Positions 11,367 through 19,157 of a stretch of 64,000 bases of DNA are shown piece after piece (the stretch's first letter is position 1; each line of letters starts with the position of its first letter). The position numbers and the translations under genes were made by a program. This DNA comes from a virus. Its lineage: Duplodnaviria; Caudoviricetes. The stretch is taken from IMG/VR virus record IMGVR_UViG_2832410175_000003, positions 64,001 to 128,000 of that record; one strand, given 5' to 3'. A model generated the notes under the pieces. The model saw only the letters and a list, made by a program, of their open reading frames with translations, was not told the DNA's origin and ran no database searches.

Positions 11367-11759
11367 ATGAGTAAGAAAGTATTGAAGAGAGGTTCGGCAG
11401 AAGAACGGTGGTATTATACCACCAAAGAGGGTCTTGACAGCGTTGACATCGATGATGATTTTGATTGGCGGAGAGGGTTGGAATTGTTGTTTGAAGATGC
11501 CCCGGAAGTCAACTGGGAGCATTGCAGCATGGAAGATTTTCAAACTCTTCGTGATGCAGGTGTTATCACAAAAGAAGAATGTGATATTGCCTGTGAAATC
11601 GGAGCAACTATGATCGCTCATAAATTCTGCAGTGCACAGGCGAAAATGCCGCTTTCTGAAAAGATTCTGGTTGCCTTTTTCGGCGGCCCTTGGGCAGTCT
11701 GGACTTGGATGATTGTTCTTATCATTATCAGCGCTATTGTCCAGTGTATGAATAACTAA
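11367..11759 (+). CDS. Membrane-anchored hypothetical protein (paralog B)
   Basis: Shares RGS.EER.YY.TKEGL, FDWRR.LELLFEDAP.VNW and FGGPW with 10931-11323. Confidence 0.75.
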   Translation: MSKKVLKRGSAEERWYYTTKEGLDSVDIDDDFDWRRGLELLFEDAPEVNWEHCSMEDFQTLRDAGVITKEECDIACEIGATMIAHKFCSAQAKMPLSEKILVAFFGGPWAVWTWMIVLIIISAIVQCMNN

Positions 11760-11770
11760 GGAGGGATATT

Positions 11771-12361
11771 ATGTTACCCGGTTTCAAATTGATTCTCGGC
11801 TTGGGTGCTCTGTTTACAGCAGATGTACGCCAGCGGGCTGAACAGGCTAACAGACCAGATCAGGCCACGCCGGAGAGTATGGCTTTGTTCGATAAATATC
11901 TGGACATCAGATCGAAGTCTATTGAGTATCCAGACGAAGATTGGCCCAGATATCGTATCGCTAATAAAGGATTCAAAACAAACTGGAAGCGCCTCGCAGG
12001 GTATTGGAACACCAGTATCCACGGATTGCAGATTGAATATTTCGAGTGGAAGTGCGAGCAGCTCGGAATTGAATTTAATTATAAACTAGTGCATCGTGTC
12101 TATCACCGTGATGACGTAACGGGCAGAGGATGGCATTATCCGGAGTACGACATTGAGCCGTACTATCCGATTGATGAATCCATCGATCCCCGCGTAAAAG
12201 AAGACAAGGAGAAGAAACGCAAGGAAGAGGAGGCTGTGCGAAAGCAGGAAGCCTACTTGAACAGCGACGAGCGTAAAAAACTTGACGATGAAATTCGTCA
12301 GCGCCGCGCCGCTCACCGGGCGGAACGTCTGGCCAGAGAAGCAGCAGAAAAGCAAAAGTAA
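11771..12361 (+). CDS. Hypothetical protein
   Basis: RBS AAGGAGG, 196 aa. Confidence 0.7.
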   Translation: MLPGFKLILGLGALFTADVRQRAEQANRPDQATPESMALFDKYLDIRSKSIEYPDEDWPRYRIANKGFKTNWKRLAGYWNTSIHGLQIEYFEWKCEQLGIEFNYKLVHRVYHRDDVTGRGWHYPEYDIEPYYPIDESIDPRVKEDKEKKRKEEEAVRKQEAYLNSDERKKLDDEIRQRRAAHRAERLAREAAEKQK

Positions 12362-12375
12362 AAGAAGCAGAAGCG

Positions 12376-12406
12376 AGAAGTCCCTATATTGGGACTTCTT
12401 TCTTTT
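12376..12406 (+). terminator. Rho-independent terminator
   Basis: AGAAGTCCC-tatatt-GGGACTTCT then T-rich tail. Confidence 0.75.
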
Positions 12407-12423
12407 GCATGAAAAACTTACCA

Positions 12424-12483
12424 TTGCATAGACAAGGTAAAAATGGTATTATAAGCATATCGGAAAATACGAACACTTGTTCG
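12424..12483 (+). promoter_or_regulatory. SigA promoter with LexA (SOS) box
   Basis: TTGCAT-N17-TATTAT; CGAAC-ACTT-GTTCG at 12470-12483 matches Firmicutes consensus CGAAC-N4-GTTCG. Confidence 0.8.
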
Positions 12484-12502
12484 ATAAAATGGAGGAGCAG
12501 CC

Positions 12503-12820
12503 ATGACCACAATTTTCTTTAATGACTGGAGAAGTTTGAATCATTTTCTCCAAGAGGGGAACTTCATCAGCCTCGAGATGGAGCTTTCCCATCACGAAAA
12601 CGATACAGCCGCAATCGAAATGATTTGCGATTCGGTTGAACCTCTGGAAAACGGCGTGTACTTGGCAGCCGTGATGACCGGCAAGGTCTTCATCGAAGGC
12701 GACCTGCTCTGGGCGGTTGCGAAAGAAACCGAGCCGGACATTTTCTTTCTCAGCCTCCGCGTAGCAGGACAGTCTCCGTATTATTTCACGGTCGGCGTCG
12801 GAGAAGACGAAGACTGCTGA
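12503..12820 (+). CDS. Acidic hypothetical protein, predicted SOS-inducible
   Basis: GGAGGAG RBS directly downstream of LexA box. Confidence 0.7.
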   Translation: MTTIFFNDWRSLNHFLQEGNFISLEMELSHHENDTAAIEMICDSVEPLENGVYLAAVMTGKVFIEGDLLWAVAKETEPDIFFLSLRVAGQSPYYFTVGVGEDEDC

Positions 12821-12888
12821 TAGCCTTGTTAAATTCCTCGTATTTGTGTTATAATAGCCGTATCAGTATGAATGCGAGGAATTGCAGT

Positions 12889-13749
12889 ATGGACGGTAAA
12901 AGCGATTACAAGCCATTGAGAGAAGCGTATATGCAGTCGTTGGAGCACGAAGACTGCATCAAAATCAAAAGAATATTTGACCGATCTAAACCAATAGAGT
13001 TTGCAACCAGCAAATCGGTTGAAGAGTTTTCTGGAACGGAGTGGAATCAGCTTCTGAAAAACTCCGTCTGGGATAGACCGGAAACTGCGAGTAACGTGCG
13101 GTATGACGTGCGAAAGTATGCGGAATTTCTTCAGGAGCACAACGTTCCAAACACGCTGAATGCAATCGATGAGACAGTCGGTCAACCGGCTGGAGCATGG
13201 TCAGAACAGTTCTTTGATTCATTTGAAGAGATGAGCAACGTGCTCGCCTCAATCCCATTCCGTTCCGGCAGGAATAATAAAAAGGCTCTCGCTTTGGCTA
13301 TGTTCGCCTTGGGTTTGTCCGCTGATGAAATCGCGGAATTAACGACGGACGATATGGACGAGGACAGAATGCAGGTAAAAACAAAATCTCGCGTGATTAA
13401 AGAGGTGGAGCCTTTCATTTTTCGATTTGTTCCTTTGGAGAAAGGGCGGTTAATTCAACTCAATTCTTCCCGACCAGTCACCGCGGCGGCCATTCAAAAT
13501 CTTGTTTACCGACTGGATCGCTATCAGAAGTTTGAAGCGCCGCATTCTCTCGTGCCGCAATTTCTGGCGAAGTCTTATCTGTTTCTCAAAATAGAGCAGT
13601 ATGAGGAAATGTCCGGTGAGATTATAGGAGAGCTTAGCAAAAAAGCATGGTTCTTTGAGCAATGCCGAAATTGGAGCGGAATCGTCACCAATGAAAATCG
13701 TTTTTTATCGCTGATTCAAGAGTTCAACAGGCTTCAAAAGCTAAAATAA
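12889..13749 (+). CDS. Tyrosine-recombinase-fold protein lacking catalytic residues (candidate repressor)
   Basis: GLSADEIAELT resembles box I GLRxxEIxxL with R replaced; no HxxR; own promoter TTGTTA..TGnTATAAT at 12826-12855. Confidence 0.55.
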   Translation: MDGKSDYKPLREAYMQSLEHEDCIKIKRIFDRSKPIEFATSKSVEEFSGTEWNQLLKNSVWDRPETASNVRYDVRKYAEFLQEHNVPNTLNAIDETVGQPAGAWSEQFFDSFEEMSNVLASIPFRSGRNNKKALALAMFALGLSADEIAELTTDDMDEDRMQVKTKSRVIKEVEPFIFRFVPLEKGRLIQLNSSRPVTAAAIQNLVYRLDRYQKFEAPHSLVPQFLAKSYLFLKIEQYEEMSGEIIGELSKKAWFFEQCRNWSGIVTNENRFLSLIQEFNRLQKLK

Positions 13750-13766
13750 TATGTGCAATATAGATA

Positions 13767-13795
13767 AGGACGGCTAACATTAGCCGTCCTTTTGT
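13767..13795 (+). terminator. Rho-independent terminator
   Basis: AAGGACGGCTAA-ca-TTAGCCGTCCTT then Ts. Confidence 0.8.
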
Positions 13796-13829
13796 TGTGC
13801 AATCATACAAACCGAAAAAACTTTCAAAA

Positions 13830-13863
13830 TTCGCGTCCCAAAATCGCGATTTTTGTATAGTAG
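13830..13863 (+). promoter_or_regulatory. Promoter/operator repeat (copy 2) with palindrome AAAATCGCGATTTT
   Basis: 34 bp identical to 31539-31572. Confidence 0.75.
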
Positions 13864-13986
13864 ATAGTGTAAGGGAAAACACATGACCGGCGGACACCAA
13901 AAGGAAGAATGAGTATTGCATAGCAGCACAAAAGGAAGAACGAGTATAAATCCCTTGCGAGAAAACCAGAATCGGAGGGATTGCAG

Positions 13987-14502
13987 ATGATTGATGAAAG
14001 CCAATATCAAAAAGCGCTGCTCTTGTTTGAGCAGCATGACAAGATCAGATATTTCGTTATCCGCAAATATTACCCGACCTTGCTCTACAACGAGGATGTG
14101 GAGCAGGCGACAAAATGCGGATTGTGGCGAGCGGCCGTGACATACGACCAGAATAAGGATTGTACATTTTCCCATTATGCAATTTCCTGCATCATGGCGG
14201 AGATGGTTCCCTACACCAGAACCATCAATAAGCACAATAAAGCTACGGATAACGCGATCAAATGTTCCGATAAAAATCGCCGCCCAATGAATTCGCCGGA
14301 TGACGTCCTCTGCATTGACCTGCTGGACTTCCTCGCTCGGCTTCCAAGTGATCTGAAAGTTGTAGTTGATTACCGAAAAGTCGGCTATCGCTCTGAAGAA
14401 ATTGGTCAAATTCTCGGAATTACAAAGCGGTCGGTTGACCGCCGACTGGTAAAGGCTCTGAGAATGTGGCACGACTTTATCGATGATTCGTCCGCGGCAT
14501 AA
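13987..14502 (+). CDS. Phage sigma-70 family sigma factor
   Basis: Region 2 EDVEQATKCGLWRAAVTYD..FSHYA; region 4 GYRSEEIGQILGITKRSV. Confidence 0.85.
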   Translation: MIDESQYQKALLLFEQHDKIRYFVIRKYYPTLLYNEDVEQATKCGLWRAAVTYDQNKDCTFSHYAISCIMAEMVPYTRTINKHNKATDNAIKCSDKNRRPMNSPDDVLCIDLLDFLARLPSDLKVVVDYRKVGYRSEEIGQILGITKRSVDRRLVKALRMWHDFIDDSSAA

Positions 14503-14531
14503 CCTCGCGGGGCGAAAGCCCCGCAAAATAT

Positions 14532-14605
14532 GCGCTTGTGTTGTAATGGCAGCAAATCAGCTTCCCAAGCTGAGAGTGCGGGTTCGATCCCCGTCAGGCG
14601 CTCCA
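14532..14605 (+). tRNA. tRNA-Gly(CCC)
   Basis: Cloverleaf, TCAGC-TTCCCAA-GCTGA anticodon arm, GGTTCGATCC, encoded CCA. Confidence 0.85.
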
Positions 14606-14679
14606 CCCCGAAAGGGGTCATTGTTTAACTCTCCGACAATCCGGAAAGACGGACGGCGGCGTGGAATGCGCCGCAACAC

Positions 14680-14758
14680 GGGTCTTTAGCGCAACTGGTT
14701 AGTGCTTTCGGCTCATAACCGAAAGATTTTGCGGGTTCGAGTCCCGCAGGACTCACCA
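14680..14758 (+). tRNA. tRNA with CAT anticodon (Ile2-like, or Met)
   Basis: TTCGG-CTCATAA-CCGAA, GGTTCGAGTCC, CCA end; body resembles tRNA-Ile(CAU). Confidence 0.85.
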
Positions 14759-14812
14759 CCGACGCAAGTCGGCAACTCCTTTCAATGCTGGGAGGCGGCA
14801 ACGCCTCCAAAC

Positions 14813-14888
14813 CACCCATTAACTCAACTGGCAGAGTAATCGGCCTTTAACCGATAAGTTACGAGTTCGAATCTCGGATGGGTGACCA
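14813..14888 (+). tRNA. tRNA-Lys(TTT), atypical C33
   Basis: CACCCAT/ATGGGTG acceptor stem, ATCGG-CCTTTAA-CCGAT, CCA end. Confidence 0.75.
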
Positions 14889-15023
14889 CGTCCGCCGCGC
14901 AGGACAAAAATAATTCAAATTGGAGGAACTCCCAACCAAGGTTTCCAAGCCGCGCGGGGCACGACGTTGCCCAGACGTCAACAATTTCATAAACGGGTTG
15001 CCCGCCCCGTCAGCGGGTGATCT

Positions 15024-15082
15024 GCTCTCGTAGCTCAAAGCAGAGCAGGGAGATACCGGTTCAACTCCGGTCGAGAGCAGCA
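15024..15082 (+). ncRNA. tRNA-like RNA lacking the anticodon arm
   Basis: GCTCTCG/CGAGAGC acceptor, TA-GCTC-AAAGCA-GAGC D arm, 8-nt linker, ACCGG-TTCAACT-CCGGT T arm. Confidence 0.7.
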
Positions 15083-15086
15083 AAAT

Positions 15087-15162
15087 GGGGGAGTGGTGTA
15101 ACGGTCAGCACATTGCGTTTCTAACCCCAAAGGAGTGAGTTCAAGTCTCACCTTCTCCATCA
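15087..15162 (+). tRNA. Atypical tRNA, anticodon ambiguous (TCT Arg or CTA/TCTA)
   Basis: Good acceptor, D and T arms; anticodon arm TTGCG-TTTCTAAC-CCCAA; ends A-TCA. Confidence 0.6.
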
Positions 15163-15185
15163 GCAAAAAGAAAGGAAGATTAGCG

Positions 15186-15740
15186 ATGGACGAGAAGCAG
15201 TATTGTTTATTTTCACCATCCAAGATGGCTTATATCGCGGTAGACGGGAAATCACGAGCAACGATTACAACAAACCGCGATCTCGCTAAACGCTTCAGCC
15301 AGACGGCAGCAAGAAATTTTCTCAAACATAATGTAAAGCCATCGTTCGGTGCGTTTTGCATCACAGAGATCGAGCCGTCAGCCAGTCAGATCATAAACAA
15401 AAAGCCAGCCGCACAGGTTCCGAGCAAAACAAGACAGACCCTCGGCCGTGATTCTGTTCGCACCGTTCGCGGCGAATCCAAACTCCGTGAAATGATGGAC
15501 GAGCTTAAAGATGAGCAGAGTCAGTATGACATGCAGCTCAGCGACCTCTACCATTACGCCGGAGATCACCCAAGGCTTTCCGCCTGCAAAGGCTATAAGC
15601 TGTATAAAAAGCTGGTTGAAATCGTTAAGAAGCGGGCGGAAGTCAAGCTGCAGATTGCAGCTATTGAAGAAATGCTGCTCCGCGAATTTCAGCCGTACAA
15701 ACCCAGAACCGAGCTTTATAACGAGCTCGACAAAATGTGA
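15186..15740 (+). CDS. Hypothetical phage protein
   Basis: RBS AGGA; C-terminal Y.PRT.LY motif. Confidence 0.65.
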   Translation: MDEKQYCLFSPSKMAYIAVDGKSRATITTNRDLAKRFSQTAARNFLKHNVKPSFGAFCITEIEPSASQIINKKPAAQVPSKTRQTLGRDSVRTVRGESKLREMMDELKDEQSQYDMQLSDLYHYAGDHPRLSACKGYKLYKKLVEIVKKRAEVKLQIAAIEEMLLREFQPYKPRTELYNELDKM

Positions 15741-15750
15741 GGTGATTAAA

Positions 15751-16296
15751 ATGCCAACCCTTGTCGTAAATTTGTTCGGTGGCCCCGGAAGCGGTAAATC
15801 TACCGGTGCGGCGTATGTTTTCGCAAGATTGAAAATGCTGGGGTATAACGCTGAACTGGTAACCGAGTTTGCGAAAGACAAAACTTGGGAGAAAAACGAA
15901 GCTGCTCTCGCCGCACAGGACTACATCACAGCAAAACAGCATTACAGACTACGGCGCTGTGCTGATCAGGTAGATGTCGTTATCACAGATTCTCCGTTAC
16001 TTCTCGGACTGGTTTATCTTAATAAAGATGACCCATGTTACGGAGAGGCGTATAAGCAGTACACGCTGAACATTTGGAACACCTACAACAATCTCAATTA
16101 CTTTCTTGCTCGAGTGAAGGAATACAACCCGGCAGGACGCAACCAAACAGAGGCTGAAGCTGATGGTGTCGCCGAGCTCATCCTGAAAACCTTGAACCAA
16201 AACGGCATCGAATTCCAATACACAACCGGAGATATGATCGGATATGACCGTATTGTAGAGGATGTAATCGACCAACTGAAGAACAAAGGAGACTGA
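15751..16296 (+). CDS. P-loop kinase (AAA_28/NadR-like nucleotide kinase)
   Basis: NLFGGPGSGKST Walker A; VITDSPLL. Confidence 0.75.
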   Translation: MPTLVVNLFGGPGSGKSTGAAYVFARLKMLGYNAELVTEFAKDKTWEKNEAALAAQDYITAKQHYRLRRCADQVDVVITDSPLLLGLVYLNKDDPCYGEAYKQYTLNIWNTYNNLNYFLARVKEYNPAGRNQTEAEADGVAELILKTLNQNGIEFQYTTGDMIGYDRIVEDVIDQLKNKGD

Positions 16297-16298
16297 AT

Positions 16299-16898
16299 AT
16301 GAACAAGTACGCACTTCGACGAGCGGCGGCCGCAGCCGCCTGTTTGACCACTGTACTTACCGTAAGCGCCGGAGCAGTAAGTTCCGTGGACATCAAGAAG
16401 GATCTTGATACGGCGCTACAGCAGCGCAATGCAGCACACCAGCTCGCAGAAAATGCCCGCGCACTCGGCGCAGAAGAGCATCATTACACCATCTGGTACG
16501 CAAAGCAGATGTGGAATGAGCATAACGAAACCGTCATCGACCTGATCGCGCAGTACAACGCAGCGATTGCTGAGGAAAAGAAAAAGGCCGAGGAAAACTC
16601 CAAGGGTCGGCTTTTGGGAACTTTCCGCTGTACTGGCTACTCGAGTGACCCTTCGGAGAATGCAGGCTACAGCGTAACCGCAACCGGTGTACCTCTGGCT
16701 GGCAACGAGTGGGCGATCTGCGCAGTAGACCCGTCTGTTATTCCTCTTGGAACGAAAATCTATATTGAAGGTGTCGGAACTATGACCGCATGTGATACAG
16801 GTGGGGCGATTCGTGGCAACTCTGTTGATATTTTGATGCCGGCTTCCCAGATGAATTCTTGGGGTGTCCAGTACAGAAAGGTGTATATCAAGAAATGA
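16299..16898 (+). CDS. Secreted 3D-domain cell-wall protein
   Basis: Signal peptide; AVDPSVIPLGTKIYI..ACDTGGAIRGNSVDI. Confidence 0.9.
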   Translation: MNKYALRRAAAAAACLTTVLTVSAGAVSSVDIKKDLDTALQQRNAAHQLAENARALGAEEHHYTIWYAKQMWNEHNETVIDLIAQYNAAIAEEKKKAEENSKGRLLGTFRCTGYSSDPSENAGYSVTATGVPLAGNEWAICAVDPSVIPLGTKIYIEGVGTMTACDTGGAIRGNSVDILMPASQMNSWGVQYRKVYIKK

Positions 16899-18175
16899 TT
16901 CACAGAGAAAAGTATTTCCTCGGCGGCTTAATCGCCGTAATGATGGCACTCGGATTGACTGCATGCGATGTACAGCCTGCGGCAGCGGGCTTCGAAGACT
17001 CAACCAGTCTGCAGGCAAAATTCATAACAGTTTACGAAGCTGTGGATTACAGCATTGTGTATAACGCAGCAAATCGAGTTATGTATTCGGTGGTTAATCA
17101 CAATAGAGGAGCGGCCGGGGTTTTTACCCTGTTGGTTGACGAAAACGGTTCCCCAATGATTTGGAAGGGCTGATCCCATGAGTAAAAGCGTATATCTGGC
17201 TGCCTCCATTCTGGTTTTATTCCTGTTGGCGGCAACCGCAGTAAGTGTTATTTGAGGTGAGTCATTATGAAATCTGAATTTGGCATCTTAGGCGATGGCG
17301 AAAAGCACACGGTTACAGTTCTCGTCGATGGTTTCCGGTTATTCAAGATCGAAAATCCAGAGATTGAAGTAACTGTTGATAAGACAGAAGCCGTAAAGCA
17401 AATCGCTCCGGGCGTTTTTGAGAAAAAAATACTCGCAGACTCCGTTATTGCCAAAGTAGAAATCAAGGGCAGAATTGACATGACCACAGAGATTACGTTT
17501 GGAGGCGATTAAAGTGGAGCTTGGAAATGTCGCGTTCGACAGAATGGATCATTGGGGTGGCAATACGGAACTCTGGTTCTTCGCACCATCGGAATTATTT
17601 CCAAATCCTCCGGAAAGGATGCGTCGTGTGGTTCTCCAAATCACTTATCCGCACAGGATTATTCCTCATGCGAGGTATCGCCGGTCGGAAATAGAACTTG
17701 TTGCATTGGATTATGCAGATTATTTTTTGGCTGCGGTTGATTTTTCAATTACGGAAAAGTTTTTTAACCAACTCATCGAGTTAGCGGTAAGGGAGGTAAT
17801 TTGAAAGTGGACTTTCATGTAGGTGAGTATGTAGAACTTCTCACAGGAGAGTGTGGCTATATTAGCGATGTGAGTTCATTCCATGATATCACAGCTGAGT
17901 TGGGGATGGTGCTTACAATCAGCCTGATTTTTCCGGAGAGCATGAAGGGTGCCGAGATAAAGGTAAAGGTCAAACACAACGAATCGGTTTACGACCATTT
18001 TGCTCAAATCGGTTGCAGTAGGTTTCCAAAAGCAAAGGTTTCTTGCGAACCGATTAAGACGATTAACTTCGACGGCGTTTTTCTTGATACGGCCGAGCGT
18101 ATGCTCGCGCAGAAGGTAGACGAGTTAGTCGACGCAGTCAACAAAATCAACAAACAGTTAGCGAAGGAGCGATAA
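16895..18175 (+). other. Small hypothetical ORFs, including a lipoprotein (16895-17173)
   Basis: LTAC lipobox; packed ORFs with RBS. Confidence 0.65.
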
Positions 18176-18177
18176 AA

Positions 18178-18522
18178 ATGGCAGAGAAGAAACCCACGTT
18201 CTACATGATGGTCGGCGTGCCGGGTTCCGGCAAAACCACCTACGCCCGCCAGATTCCGAATGCAACCGTGCTCTCCAGTGACGATATCCGTGCTGAGATC
18301 GGAGCAGACGGCGGCGACAAGAAGATGCACAAGCAGGTCTTCGATATCCTGCATGAGCGCACAAAGGAAGCACTTTCCGCTGGCAACGATGTTGTTTACG
18401 ATGCAACGAATCTGCGTCATACGCGCCGCGCCGAAAGAGTTCCTGATGATGCAGTTCATGGGGCTCTGCGAGGAAGCCTCTCGTCGGCCGCAGCCAATCA
18501 AGCTGAGAATGATTCGCTATGA
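18178..18522 (+). pseudogene. Truncated polynucleotide-kinase-like AAA_33 protein
   Basis: MVGVPGSGKTT, SSDDIR, VVYDATN then family-like sequence ends after ~86 aa. Confidence 0.65.
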
Positions 18523-18606
18523 AGAAGAATGGAATCAGCTTGAGCAGCAGGTCAAACGGCTCGAGTTCAGCATTGAGTTCCGCAACAACAAATTCGGAGG
18601 CTGATT

Positions 18607-18714
18607 ATGAGAAGACAAACGTTAAATCGACTGGGCGACATCGCCGCAGGGATGCTCTTCGGCGCAGTAATGCTTATTCCGATGTTCCTCTACATTTGGG
18701 GCTACGGTGTATGA
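18607..18714 (+). CDS. 35-aa membrane peptide
   Basis: GGAGG RBS; MRRQTLNRLGDIAAGMLFGAVMLIPMFLYIWGYGV. Confidence 0.6.
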   Translation: MRRQTLNRLGDIAAGMLFGAVMLIPMFLYIWGYGV

Positions 18715-19142
18715 GCGGCGAGATTTTCCAATCGTTTCCGAATTTCACCCAGAATATGTGGAATGGAAACGAACCGAACTGCAAGGGTCATGATATGGTC
18801 GGCGGCGGGCAATCGCAGAAGTGGACATTCCGATACGGCAATGCAGAAACCTTTGAAGACCGTATCCTGTGTGCCAGCTTCAGCCTAAGCCCAAAGGTAA
18901 CGATTTCAATCGTCGGTGACACGCTGAATATCTTGGATTTTCGTTACAGCGGAAAATTCGACGAATGGAGTTACTGTAATAAGCCGACCGGCCGTATTCA
19001 TGAAACATTTATGGCTGCTCACCAGCACGAACTGGAGCCTGAGCGGATAGAAAAATACCTGAACACAAACATCTCAGACTGTAAAATTTGGGATATGATT
19101 CAGGCAAGAGCAAAAGAATTGTACAACCAAAGTCAAGTTTGA
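18711..19142 (+). CDS. Hypothetical protein
   Basis: ATGA overlap with upstream gene. Confidence 0.6.
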   Translation: MSGEIFQSFPNFTQNMWNGNEPNCKGHDMVGGGQSQKWTFRYGNAETFEDRILCASFSLSPKVTISIVGDTLNILDFRYSGKFDEWSYCNKPTGRIHETFMAAHQHELEPERIEKYLNTNISDCKIWDMIQARAKELYNQSQV

Positions 19143-19157
19143 GAGGAGAACGAGTTT

